A stretch of DNA of 64,000 bases from Camelus ferus (Eukaryota): the NCBI RefSeq assembly GCF_009834535.1, contig NC_045697.1, positions 72,046,001 through 72,110,000 on the forward strand, in the 5' to 3' direction. Under the pieces are notes generated by a model. It was not told the DNA's origin. It saw only the letters and a list, made by a program, of their open reading frames with translations, and did not search any database. A program made the position numbers and the translations under genes. Of the stretch, positions 26,885-38,961 are shown piece after piece (position 1 is the first letter of the stretch; every line of letters begins with the position of its first letter).

Positions 26885-27087
26885 AGTCCAGGGAAGGAGG
26901 CCCACAAGTCCTCATGAAGTGACACCGAGGATGAATAAGACTTAGCTGGATGAAAAAGGAAGTGAAGTGCATTCCAGACAGAGGGGACCACATGAGCACA
27001 GGCATGGAAGTGAGAAATAACAGGGCATCCATCCGGGAGGAACACCAAGTAATTCAGTGTAACTGCAGGGTGACTTGTGGGAAGGGA
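26885..27087 (-). mobile_element. L2 fragment, left flank of the ERV
   Basis: gcattccagacagaggggaccacatgagcacaggcatggaagtgagaaata is reverse L2. Confidence 0.7.
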
Positions 27088-27536
27088 TGTAACCAAAGGA
27101 CCCTATGGGAGCTTCCAGGGACAGACCCCCTCCCCCATACCCTCTACTGTAGCTCCTCTCTGAGGCACCCAGATAATAGTATCTCATGCAGATTTCCTGA
27201 GTTTTTCAGTTGCTAAAAACCACCACCCAGTGGAAGAAATAAACTATGATGGTCATGATCACGTAGCCCCTAGACATTCTGGTGCCTAAGGTTTGATCAC
27301 CATCAATCAATTAGAGAACTGGGCACAGCTGATCACAGGCCCTGGGGAGCCCCGCCCTCAGTGGGCCTTTAAAAACCCTCAGCTGAAACCCTTCAGGAAA
27401 TTCAGGGTCTTTTGGGCATGAGCCACACGTTTTCCTTGCTCAGCCCAGCAATAAACCTTTCTCTGCCCCAAACTCCAATGTTTTGGAGGGGTTTTTGGCC
27501 TTTAAGGTCAGGCACACAAACTTGCGCCCAGTAATA
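27088..27536 (+). mobile_element. 5' LTR of the ERV1 provirus
   Basis: Begins TGTAACC, has TATA-like tttaaaa and aataaacctttctctg, and ends cagtaata directly before the PBS. Confidence 0.85.
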
Positions 27537-27540
27537 ATTT

Positions 27541-27559
27541 TGACAAGCCAGCCTAGGGG
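27541..27559 (+). promoter_or_regulatory. Degenerate primer-binding site, tRNA-Arg(ACG)-type
   Basis: TGACAAGCCAGCCTAGGGG versus TGGCGAGCCAGCCAGGAG, the complement of the tRNA-Arg-ACG 3' end. Lies 4 nt after the LTR. Confidence 0.65.
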
Positions 27560-28249
27560 TCTGTGGCTGAAGCAGGTCAACCCTAGCTGGGGGCATCCCC
27601 TTCCCTGGGTCCCAGCAGCTGCCAGAGCTCATTTCGCTCCAGGGAACTGGGTGGGATTCTGCAGGCAACAGCCTGAAGCTGTCTGGAGCCAAGAAACATC
27701 GGGAGCTGTGGTCCACATTCAATGTCGCTTGGGGGTGAGTTACTTCAGCTTACACAGGCTGGGAATCCTCCTCTCTACCTGAGCTCATCCCCTTGTGGGA
27801 AGTGAGCCCCTCTGGGCTCATTGTGAGCACTCTAGGTCCGTTCTTTTTTGAGAGCTGGGGGCACATCCGTTTGGAGGCCTCCATCTGGGAGTGGAAGTGG
27901 AATTATTGGGCTGCACCGCATCTGGTCTTTTGATTGTGGGATCGTATTTGTTCTTTTTATGTGTGTGTGTCAGTACCTGCGCTGGCTGGTTAAGACATCT
28001 TTGGTGAGCAAGGGGGATTGGATGTGATGGCACCAGGGTACCCTTCCTTATTGTGCTGGCCTTGCCTATGGCAGAGCATTGGTCAGGATTTTCCCTTTCA
28101 GGTTAGCCTTGGTCATTCATTCAGCTCCATCTCTGATGGTGCATTGGCTGGGGTTTCTCCCGTTTTGGGGCAAGGGAACTGTAACCCAAAGACTGTTTTG
28201 AATTGTTGTTAGCTTAGTATTTGATAAAATCAGCTGTGAATGATTACTT

Positions 28250-28420
28250 ATGGATGATCAGAGCTCTGTTCCATCTTATAGACCCCCTAGGATATATTTT
28301 GCAAAACTGGGAGATCTTCAGCTATGCTCCTATAAATGAACGAAAATGGTATTTTTTTTTTATTGTAATACTGTGTGGGCTCAGGACTCCCTGAGATCTG
28401 GAGAACAATGGCCCCAGTGG
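28250..28420 (+). pseudogene. gag: Frameshifted ERV1 gag N-terminal (matrix-like) remnant
   Basis: Frames give MDDQSSVPS / DPLGYILQNWEIFSYAP / KMVFFFYCNTVWAQDSLRSGEQWP, matching the gamma-like ERV gag pattern PLG.IL.NW...FFCNT.W.....GE.WP. Confidence 0.7.
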
Positions 28421-28471
28421 TTCTGCTGTTATATCAAAGTGGGCTTTTTGCAATTGCTTCAGCTTTTATTT

Positions 28472-28690
28472 TGAGTGAGTGTGAGTGTGTGTGTGTGTGT
28501 GTGTGAGCCTCAGTACCTGAATCCAAATCCTGTTCTCTCCTCCTGGTTTTGCTAAAACTGAGGCATGCAATTGTGAGCCAATGATTTATATATGTGTGTG
28601 TATGTGTGCATATATATATATATATGGACAGTGCCGGGTGGGGAGTTTGACTGGGGTGGTACACTGTCTCTCTCTATATATATATAATTG
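28472..28690. repeat. (TG)n, (TA)n and (CT)n microsatellite cluster inside the ERV
   Basis: Direct inspection of dinucleotide runs. Confidence 0.85.
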
Positions 28691-29739
28691 TCTATCACTG
28701 GGTTTGTTTTTTTTTTAAACTGAAGTGGGTATTTGGGAACTGGAAAAAAATTCCTGAAAATAGCCAAGATGGTTAGGTTTTTGTAGAAGAGGAATTTGCA
28801 TTTCTCTTCCAATGCCTTTGAGATATAGATGACCTACCTGGGGTCTCAGTGAAAAATAGAGTTTCTTTTAAAACTCAAGCAGAAAAACTGAGATCTCTGG
28901 TTCTGCCTGTCTTCATGTAAAAAAATTAACTTGTAAATAAGCTCTATTTAATTGACTTAAAAGGAAGTGCTTACAAATTAAATACTTCTAAGTATAAAAG
29001 AAGCTAGACAACAAATTTCATGTGATCTGGGAAATATTTAATATTGATATCTGATATTAAAACTAGCTTAAGCTTATTGGTATAATCAATACAGACATGT
29101 CTTTTATTATATGTAGGTTTACTGAAGGTCAATAAGTTCATGTTTCTGTTGCAGTTTGTCAGCAGAAAGAAAAAAATCAACTTGGTATGATGAAATTCTT
29201 ATAATTGAATTAAATGCAAATGAGATAATAGCTTTTGGACAAACTCTTTAGAAATCATTGTTTCAGGAATGTCTAGTTAAAAATGATCTCTCCAGATATT
29301 AGGTAACTTGAAATTTTGAGTTGTGCTAAATTAAGTTAAATGATGGAAGTTTATTGAATAGTTGAATAGCTTGGTCATTCCCAAACAAAATAAGACACTG
29401 AAACATTTCACTAGAAATTAAGATTTTTAAGAATTGAGGAGTCTAATTTAAATATGTAATTGAAACTACTAAAAATAATGGGGGGAAACATTTCAGTATA
29501 CAGTAGGCAAGTAGGATATATGTTTTTGGTTAAAAAAAGAAAAAGGCATGAGGAATGGAACTGCATTTTGTTAAGGGAAAACAAAGTGACTTGGTCCTAG
29601 TTGTTTCTATATGGGGGAAAAAATAGAGGACAAACTAATATGGATACAGAAAGTTGTGGAAAGTTTGCAGAAAGGGACCCCAAAAAAAGGAGTTTTGTGC
29701 ATGGTTGGGCTGAGATTAGATTAAACTTTATTAGGTAAA

Positions 29740-31037
29740 TGGATTTTGTTATTAAAATTAGGCGAATGTAGGACTAGATTTTGGTTCCTCTCTGTTAAGA
29801 GAACAAGTTTACTTAGAATGCTGCGATAACAGACTGTGCGAAACTTTTCGGTATTTTTTATAAACTTCCTATCAAATTCTAATTAACATTCTTTTGACTT
29901 CCCAGCTAACTTTGGGAGGCTTCAGACGGCCTCTGAGATATCCCAGAGAAAACTATTAAAATAAGATTGGTTGGTATGTTGAATTGCACCTGAAGCATCG
30001 TCAAATGAGTGATAAGCCTTCTTGGAATGTACGGTATGGATGAATGTTGTTGATGTAGAACATTCTAGAAATTATATAAAGTTTCTGAAATTTAGATGTG
30101 TCCTGATATAATGCTATCAGTCATGACTCTGACTGTTATCTTGAAATGCTATACATCACAGCAACTTGTTTAAGCCTCTCTGTCAAGAACATTGTAACCA
30201 GATCTTCTGCCTTGCCTTTTTGGGTCTTTTGTCATTGTTAGTCATTAAGCTGGTGGCTTTGCGAAACTGCTTCATCCTCAAGGCGATCTGTGGGGCGGAC
30301 TTTTTCACAGGTTTCTTTTAAATCACGCTGCTGAGCTGGTAGGATGTTTAAGAGTTCTAGTCAAACCTTGGATTTCATGAAACTGTTGGTGAGGGGGATT
30401 GATTGCATGGGATTGGGTGAACTGATGAATATAGTTATAATTGTTTGGTTGTCTTAAGTATTCCTGGCTTTTATTCTGTTTTCTAATTGAACTGTTTACC
30501 AAATATTTGTCTTACTATCAATATTGCCCCCAGTGTTTAGGATAGAAAGAGAATTCTCTAATGGAGTTGTCACCGAGTATAATGTGACAACTCATGATGT
30601 ATAACGATGCTTGCTGTAAGTCTGTTGCTAAAAGCACATGTACAATGCTTGTGTAAAACTTGGGTATAAGTGATAAAACGTATGGCCTGGAAAGTGTTTC
30701 CCCATTAACATACCTCTGAGCCTTTTCACAGGATTTGATAATTTTCCCCCAATGTGGATAACTAGGCAAATATAAAGGAAGTCTAGCAAATATAAAGCAA
30801 AATGTAAAGCAAAGATAAAGCATACATACATATAAAGGATAACTAGGCAAATATAAAGGGACATGATATGAACATGGGAGCCACCACCCCAGCATCAAGG
30901 AACAGATTTTGGATTTTGTTATTTAAATTAGGCGAATGTAGGACTAGATTTTGGTTCCTCTCTGTTAAGAGAACAAGTTTACTTAGAATGCTGCGATAAC
31001 AGACTGTGTGAAACTTTTCGATATTTTTTATAAACTT
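29740..31037 (+). repeat. 128-bp direct duplication (29740-29867 and 30910-31037)
   Basis: The two copies differ at 3 of 128 positions and are offset by 1170 bp. Confidence 0.95.
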
Positions 31038-31413
31038 TGCAATCAAAAGGGGAAATGATGGGAAAACCTGCACATATTGAGGTTTGGGGAAGTCATTCTG
31101 GCTTATACATGGTTTGACTTTACTGACAAAAGCAGCCTGCTTTATGGCCTTTTGCACATGCATTGTACATCTGCTTTGACCTTGAAGAGGGGAACACATT
31201 TGAAAGTCAAAATGGAGTATCTGTGGTTCAGACATCCAAGGTAAAACTAGGTGGCTACTGTGGACATGATTTTAAACATGTTCCTGTATTGTTGAGAACT
31301 CGAATTTTCTGAGCTGTGTCATACTGGAGACACCACCAGCCATTCTCAAAGCAGTGTCTGCTGGCAGATGGCAGCTATAACCTTATGATCTCACAGCCTC
31401 CTCTTGTAACACA

Positions 31414-31566
31414 TTTTTAGACAGTAAAATTGCTTCAGATCAGATGTTAGCAGAGAAAAGTATATATGTGTAGTGGCCAATAGCTCTTCTACATATATAT
31501 GTTAATACCACATGAAAAGTTAAAACTTACTGAGATAAAAGTATTCAACTGGCTACCTGGCTACAA
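31414..31566 (+). pseudogene. env: ERV env TM remnant (immunosuppressive domain / CX6CC region)
   Basis: Frames give FLDSKIASDQMLAEK / ICVVANSSSTY / YVNTT*KVKTY*DKSIQLATWLQ, versus the pattern LDNR.ALD.LLAE.GG.C...N.SCCTYIN.SG.VE....I...ATWL. Confidence 0.75.
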
Positions 31567-32119
31567 GTCTTCCCCCAAAGTGCCAGGTCCAGACTGGTTT
31601 TCCAGGTTTATTTTCCTGAATTTCTTCGGGGAATGAAATCTCAATCATGCAAAGGTCAGATCCAGAATTTGGAACTCAGAAAACATTTCCAAATCACTGT
31701 CCATTCCCCAAATCAAGGAGGTAAGACTATGCCCCATTTTAGCAAGAAGTAGTCAGACCGGTTGTCACTTGCTTCCCTGAAAGACCTGGGAAAGGATGAA
31801 ACAGGACAGAGTTTGTAGCTGGGTGAAAGGTGATCAGGACCTGAACTGAAGAAGCAGTAATGTGAGTTTAAATTCAGTAGGACTGAAGATCAGTCCAATG
31901 TAGGAGACCAAAGGAAAGAACGAAGATGACTCCTGTAACATGGCCCCTGAGTGGAGAACACAGGAGAAATAGTTTGGGGAGGGAAGGTAATAATTCATGT
32001 CAGAAATGTTGAGCTGGACAGCCCAGGAATCATCTGAGTTACCTGAAGCTTGGGAGATAAAGGCTGGAGACATGAGTTTGAGAATCATCAGCAAATAAAT
32101 GGGAGTTAAATCCATGACA

Positions 32120-32300
32120 GCTGCCTACTAACTGTGTTTCCTTAGCCAAGTCACTTAATCTCTCTATGTCTCAGTTTTCTCATCTGTAAAGTGGAGATTA
32201 TCATACCTACTTTATACAGTTGTTCTGAAAGTTACTCAAGAAAATTATTATATTTTTCTTAGTTGGCACCTGATATATGTTAGTTGTTTAAAAACTAAAT
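32120..32300 (+). mobile_element. MIR SINE
   Basis: aagtcacttaatctctctatgtctcagttttctcatctgtaaagtggagatta. Confidence 0.85.
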
Positions 32301-32334
32301 TAATTGCTAAGATGACCTTGGAAGACCATGTAGA

Positions 32335-32480
32335 ATGGTGGTTATTAACCTGAAAGACATGAATGCCTTTGAGAAGGTCTTCTCACTAAAAAGTTATGTA
32401 TACCAAACACTCAAAATTCTGCATACCATTTCAGGAGGTCTGTGGACCCTGAAAGAACCTCAGGCTTAAAAATTCTTGAT
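32335..32480. mobile_element. hAT-Charlie-type MITE
   Basis: gtggttattaacct...aaaattctgcataccatttcaggaggtctgtggaccct...caggcttaaaaattcttg. Confidence 0.5.
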
Positions 32481-34529
32481 GCAGAGTCAGAAGAGGGAAA
32501 ATTTGAGAATCAAACAAAGGAAAATCAACATTTAAGAGATGAGCAGACTAACAGAAGACCAGGAAGGGATTAAAAGAAGGCTACAAAGAGAACATGGGAC
32601 AGTTTCAAGAAGGAAGCTTTGAAAAATCTTATCAAATTTGGCAAATAGGTCCAGTAAGGGCTAAAATGATCATTGGCAAATTTCACAAATTGTGTCAGTC
32701 TAGTGGTGGGAGAGGAAACTAGAAGGTAGTAAGTTGAGTAAAAAGAGGGTGAAAAAAGAGATCACTCCTTGACAAAAAAGGAAGGGAAAAGACAGAATGC
32801 GAGGCAAAGGGAAATTTCAGGTCAAAAAGGTGGATTTTTTGTTAGTGACTGTTTTGGTTTTTGGTCATAAGAATTTTTTTAATTGTTGTGTTTGGGGGTA
32901 TTTTGTTTGTCTGTTTTTGAAGGATGAGAAAAATCTCTGGGTCTCTGGACCCAGTACCGGAGCCAAAAAAGGATTAAGGTAGAAGATGGGAATAGCATGG
33001 GAATGACTGGTGGAGTAACATTCACCCATGGAGATGGGGAGGGAGGAAGAGGCCATGGGCCCCAGGAGAGGGTTTAGCTTTGAGCAGGAAGAGGAGTACA
33101 TTGTCCTTCGGAGTATGAAGAAAGGAGGGAGGGAAATGCTTATGAATTAGTAAGTATGGGGTAGGGCTGACAATCAACAGATAATCACCACTTTCTCAGT
33201 TACATAATAGACAAGGCTTGGGGAACATTATAAATTAAATGTTAAGAATGATGGTGATTTGGAATAGAGACCAAAAGGGATGATAAAGAAATCTAATCAA
33301 ACAAGTAAAATTCTTTTGCTCTTTAATAAGCTGTGAGAACTCATTCCTCATTAGACTTAAAAATCTTAATAATCATTATTACCAGAATATACCAAAGTAG
33401 TGTTTTGGCAATTAGTCTTCCCATTTCACTAGCAACAGTATGTAGACGGAATCATTTTAAGTATAATATCTTAACCAATAATATATTAGACTTAGAAAAT
33501 TGTAAAAGCTACAGTAGACATTATGGATGTATATGTTCTGTATGATGGATTGATACATATATACATACATACATAGATATTATGTGATACTAAGAACCAA
33601 AATTTTATTTGATGTTTTTATGTGTTTAGGGCATGATGTTTATGTTCGCCAGGCGTTATGTTTTCAAATATTGATTTGTTTTATCTTTCTCTTCCTTGCA
33701 TAACCATAAAGTCAGCTTATTAGAGCAATCTCTTCCAGAATCTGCCTATTAGAGGAAGTGGAATGAATGTCATTTCCCATTGCTATGACTACACTAAATT
33801 TGATGGCATCAAAAACAAAACAAGAGCAGAAGTATGCTCACATAATAAATTATTAAATTTTTCGTAGTAATATTCTCGATCTTTCTAGACCCACGCTGTG
33901 TGTCACTTTATAATGAATCATCATCTCAGGCAGATGTTCTTGTCAGGAGGTGAAGTGTTTCCACCAGATTTAATGCTTAAAACAGAAGTTATCCCCACAC
34001 CCACCACCACATTTTCTAAATACACAGAGCCCTTGTTATCATCACATAGTTTCATCTGAGTTGCTTTTCTTCCTTCTTTTGAATTATGTGGAAACACGTT
34101 GTGCATAATTTCACTTAATGTTAGAGCAAATGTTAAACCTCGCTCCATGTATTGAAATTGGTTTGGATTACAGTTATGTGGCTAAAGTGGAGAACGGAGG
34201 GGAAAAGAAAATCTAATCTGAATTATTTAAAGCCTTAAATCTTTGAAAATCAAAAATTAAATCTGAAAATGTTCAGGTTTCTCATGACTTTTGAAAGTTG
34301 AAACAGCAGTTCAAAAATATGCCAGATCTTCTTGGAAAATGTAACACAGTTAATCCCCCCCCCAAAAAAGGGCAATGTATTTGCCACATTTAACAAATTC
34401 TTATGAACAGAAAACAACTGGTCCATAAATTGGAAGTTGTACCTTTTAATGTCCTTGTCCACAGTGCCACCAAGTGGTTCTATAAGTTTTACAATATTTC
34501 CAAGCACAGAATTAGGTTATTCTAGGAGT

Positions 34530-34547
34530 TAGACACTAGGTGGCAGT
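34530..34547 (+). promoter_or_regulatory. Weaker CTCF-like motif
   Basis: TAGACACTAGGTGGCAGT versus CCACYAGRKGGCRS, with a mismatch at the first core C. Confidence 0.3.
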
Positions 34548-34769
34548 AGATTTCCTTTTAAAGAGGCTTTGAGAACTTTAATGAGTTGTTAGAAATGTTT
34601 TACTCACATTCAAGGGTAATTATTCATCTATTTTTTAAAAATTAGAATACCTATAACCTACTTCAAAAGAAATAAAATATACTTCAGGGTTTGTTTTTTT
34701 TTAACAATATTCTCTGCAACATAGCTTGATCACATTAAAAATTACCATTTCTTATACAATTTAAAGTAC

Positions 34770-35390
34770 AATTCTTTGAGATAAATTCACAAAGCATATA
34801 ATTCTCCCTTTCAAGTGTATAATTCGGTGTTTTTAGTATATTCACAGAGATGTGGAGCCCCCCACACACCACCTAATTCCCGAGTATATGGACCAGCGCA
34901 AAAAGAAACCTCGTACCCATCTGCAGTCAGTCCTCACTCCCTCTCTCCCTAATGCCTGGCAACCACGAATCTACCTTCCATATGTATTTCCCTATTCTGG
35001 GAGTTTCATATAAACGGAGTTGTACGATTGATTTCTTTTGTAATTGGCTTCTTTAACTTAGCATAATGTTTTCAAAGTTCATCCACGATACAGCATGTAT
35101 TAGCACTTCATTTTTATTGTCAAACAACATTCTGTTGTGTGGATAGACCACTTGGTCCACTCCCCAGCTGATGGACATTCAGGCTGCTTCTTCCTTTGTA
35201 TCATCGTGAATAGTGCTGCTGGGAACATCCATGGAACAGTTGTGCGGGCATGTGCTCTCATTTCTCTTGGGTTTATACTAGGAGTAGAGTTGCCAAGTCA
35301 AGGAGTAAAGCCATGCTTAACATTTCAAGGAGCTGCCAAACTTTTCCAAGTAGCTATATCATTGTACAGTCCAGTTTCTGATTTCCCTAC
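34770..35390 (-). mobile_element. L1MB-like 3' UTR
   Basis: tttgagataaattcaca...aagtgtataattcggtgtttttagtatattcacagag...cctattctgg...tttctcttgggtttatac. Confidence 0.85.
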
Positions 35391-37251
35391 TTCCTCAACA
35401 AAGCTTCTTCATCCTTTTCTCTCTCTTTTCCTGACTGGATCTCACATGACCTATCTCCACGTTTGCCAATTCTTTCCTTTTGGCAGCTCAAATCATTTCA
35501 GTTATTGTAGTTTTCAACTCCAGAATTTTTTGTTTCTTTTAAAAGAATTTTCATGTCTTTAGTGATATTCATTATTTATGAGACATTTTCTCTGTATAGT
35601 TTTCTTAGTTCTTTAGACATATTTATGACTGCTTTAAAGCCTTTATCTAGTTAATTTCTATATACATTCTTATACTTTTAATCAACCTTTCATCTCAAAA
35701 AGAGCAAAATATTCAAATAACTGCTAGTTTCCTGTGTTAATATGCCCAGCCTAGTCAGCAGAATCTCACCAGCTTTCTCTCTGCTTCTATTTATGATTAG
35801 CACACGAAAAAAATCTTTATTATGTCTAGTCACTAATTAACAAACCTTTGCTAAGTCAAAACTTAGCGGCAGAAAAACCAATGAGAAATGTATACAATTA
35901 GCTTAAGTTCATTAATTTACTGTCTTGACAAGAAAAAAAGGAAATGGGGTGGGGGGGGGTATGGGACTTTCTAAATATCATTTCACTTCTCTTCTGTCCT
36001 GCTTCTGAGGCTAAGATTTTTCCTAGTTACTCCTGCAAATCAGAAAAACACTGTGCCACCTTGGAACACAATTGCAAGGTGCACGGTTTAGGTTTCCCTA
36101 GTTGCAAACAATAGTGCCACATAATGTATAGGAATCCGACAGAGCCTCGGCTTTTTATATAGAAATTTTTCTTTTCGATATGCATAAAATCCAGATCTTC
36201 CTAACCTATCAAAGGATCATGACATACACACACAGAAAAAGGTTGGCAGGGGTGTAAAACCCCTTCTCTTCTTGATGGATTAATTTCTCCTTAGGCTTCT
36301 TACTTTTGACAACTTCTAGGTTGATTTAAGATGTGGAAAAAAGGAATGCCCGCTCACCTTTAACCTCCTGGCCCATTTTTGGACACAGAGCCTTCCTTTA
36401 ATACCAACAAGAAAAACTGCAACAGGGCTAACATATTAAACAAGAGTTGACTAAATAAAAGGATTAACTATAGGGATCTTGATGGAAACAAAATTACACT
36501 TAGCTCCATCAGGGTGAGTAGGTGAAAATATTTAGCTAATCCCTTGGTTTTAGTCAACAGGAGAAAATTAAGCCATATCCCTTCCCCACTCTTATTCTAA
36601 TTCCCCAGAAGAAAAGGCCAGACCTTGGAAATCCTGGGAGCCCAAAGAAATCCTAATGGATTCCCTTGGAGACAGCATTGGAGGGTGAAGGACCTGACCC
36701 TTCTGTGTTTTGGAACTAAAAAAATAGATGCGAGCCCCAGTAATAAACCTCCTCTCGCCTCCCCTGCCCAGAAGGTCAAGCCATTATTTGGAAGGTATAT
36801 CAGATAATAAGGCTAAAATGACCAAAAAAAGGACACTGGCCAATTTGGGTAGAAAGATCGATGTTTGAGCCCTGTTAGGTGACTCCCCCAGGAGCAAGAG
36901 GGAGGACCAGGCTGCATGTTCCCACAGGTCCCCACCCAGATGGAGACCAAAACCCACCCAGACACCGCCCCCAAGAGCCTCATATTCAGCACAGGGAGGG
37001 AACCTGGGCCCCAGTCCTGGGCCTTGGAAGCCTCAACAGAGGTCCCTGTTGCTGAGTTTAGCACAAGAGAGGAAATCACAGGCAAAGCCCCCCCACTTGA
37101 ATGCACTGTAGGACCAGCCCAGGCAATGAGAAAGGGTCGTGACAACACAGATCAAAACTGCAGCCTTCCCTGGATTTCCTGGACCAAATAAGGCCCAGGG
37201 ACCCTCTGCAATGCAAGGTGTGAGCTGATGGTTCATTAATACTGAACTTAC

Positions 37252-37259
37252 TGTCTGCG
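37252..37259 (-). other. Candidate 8-nt microexon CGCAGACA
   Basis: ttttttcgctttgtctggttctcctgcctttcctcag|CGCAGACA|gtaagt, located 85 nt downstream of another donor. Confidence 0.35.
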
Positions 37260-37344
37260 CTGAGGAAAGGCAGGAGAACCAGACAAAGCGAAAAAACGCA
37301 GCGTTTTTCAGTACCGCGTGGAGGCAGAGAAAGGCGTCCCTTAC

Positions 37345-37430
37345 ACAGAGGATAGAGCTTGCAGACCATGATGAGCGCTTCTGGAGCCTGGCTGGACGTA
37401 GGTTCCAGCGTCGAAGTGCCTACACCCCGC
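37345..37430 (-). other. Candidate first exon with ATG (MVCKLYPL-) in a CpG-retaining patch
   Basis: CTCATCATGG (A at -3, G at +4) ...CCTCTGT|gtaagg. About 12 CpGs in 37255-37430 against a CpG-poor background. Confidence 0.35.
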
Positions 37431-38666
37431 CTCAGAATCTGCCCCCCACAAGCACAGGCCAGTGTCTCCTAGGAGGTTCCTCTTTCTTCCAAAAGGTATC
37501 TGCCCAGTTGCCGTCTGAAAACCTCCTCTACCCAGAGGGACCGACATCAGGCATCACCACCTCTTTGAAAGACCGTGTCCACCCACAGGGTGTGGCCTGC
37601 CAGCTTCCGCAGAGCCTCACAGTAAAGCTGACTAAGCACCTTCAGCCACGGAGAAGACACACAAAACCAGGATACAAGTGTGCTTTGTGATATTACAAAA
37701 TCGCACTGTGCCGTTCCCCTCTCCAGCACTATCAGAACCTGTTTTTTCAGGTTTGTGGATTTCTGGAGGTGTGTTCTCAATACAGTTTCACAAAGTGCTC
37801 TTTCTCCGGATGTTGAGATCAGTACTTCCTGCATTTAACACAGAAGCACAGGCAAGTATCCTGGAAATGCAACAGCCCCCAGACGGCTGGCTAAGCTTTA
37901 GAAGCTTCTGACAAAGCACTCTACTCGCTCCAGGCCTGCCAGGCCTTCCAGTGAGTGGCCTTCCCCCAAACCCAGTTTGGTTACTATTTCGTTTGGGTAA
38001 TTTGAACACTGCACCCTAAACATTGCCTGTTCTGCTCAGGATGCAGGTTCTAACGCCTCTTGTATACTTGGGGTATAGTTTATTACTTCTGTGAGTTCTG
38101 GCTTCATTCATTGTAACAATTATTTTGTTCACTTGTACAAAATTGTCAAATGTCATCCATCTGCTTAATCAGCATTTCAGGAAATAAAAAGCCATTGCCT
38201 GTGTGAGAAAGACTGACCTGATGAAATATCTTGGAGGCGTTCCTCAGTACTAATTAAAAATAATAGACACTCTCACATGGTGCAATTATTTTCCAGAAAA
38301 CAGCTGATGTGTACACACTATGCTTGGCAAAAATCTTGGCCAATTTCGCAAGAATGTTTATTCCAGACTGAGATCATCTTTAAAAAAAAAAGAAAAAGAC
38401 AGACAGACAGAGGAGCAGGGGAGGGAGAGGGGTGGGAGGGTAGAAAGGAAAGGATGGAAGGAAGGAAGAAAGAAGGAGATTTCATAATAATCAAGAGAGG
38501 ATTTTAGATTTTAAACTTGCCTTTTCACAGTCTGACTAGATACCTACATAATTCTATAACAAAACCTTGTTAATTACAGAAAGGACATTTTAGTACAAAT
38601 AAACTTTATTAGCAATTTGAAAAAATGGTAAAATAGTTCAAAGAGTTATCAATATATCATTTATTT

Positions 38667-38961
38667 ATTTTTTTATTGAAGTATAGTTGATTTATAATAT
38701 ATTAGTTTTGGTATACAACATAATGATTCAATATTTTTACAGATTATACTCCATTTTAAGGGATTATAAAATAATTGACTGTATTCCCTGTGCTGTACAT
38801 TACATCGTTGTATCTTACTTATTTCATACATCGTAGTTTGTACCTCTTAATCCCCTACCCCTATCTTGCCCTTCCCCCCACCCTCTCCCCACTGGTAACC
38901 ACTAGTTGTTCTCTATATCTGTGAGTTTGTTTCTATTTTGTCATATTCACTGATTTGTTTT
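38667..38961 (-). mobile_element. Young L1 3' end with TSD
   Basis: tttttattgaagtatagttgattt...ttccctgtgctgtaca...ccccactggtaaccactagt. TSD atatatcatttattt (38652-66) / atatgtcatttattt (38962-76). Confidence 0.9.

Larger units (their letters stand above)
27088..31790 (+). mobile_element. ERV1-class provirus: 5' LTR plus degenerate internal region, 3' LTR missing
   Basis: 5' LTR, PBS, gag-like remnant, long AT-rich internal region and env TM remnant. The env-end motif gccccattttagcaagaagtagtcagac is followed by a return to L2. Confidence 0.8.
31800..33200 (-). mobile_element. L2 continuation, right flank of the ERV, interrupted by MIR and a hAT MITE
   Basis: gatgactcc...aggctggagacatgagtttgagaatcatcagca...ttaaatccatg and later reverse-L2 motifs. 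Confidence 0.65.

Noticed and set aside
30756..30859. CRISPR-like repeat-spacer arrangement
   Set aside because: Only two 23-bp repeats with a self-similar spacer, in mammalian DNA with no cas genes.
30518..31235. 126- and 130-aa minus-strand ORFs with repeated peptide (PLYLPSYP)
   Set aside because: Products of the short repeats and duplication within the ERV; no recognisable domain.
35137..35562. Longest ORF in the window (141 aa)
   Set aside because: Antisense reading through an L1 3' region.
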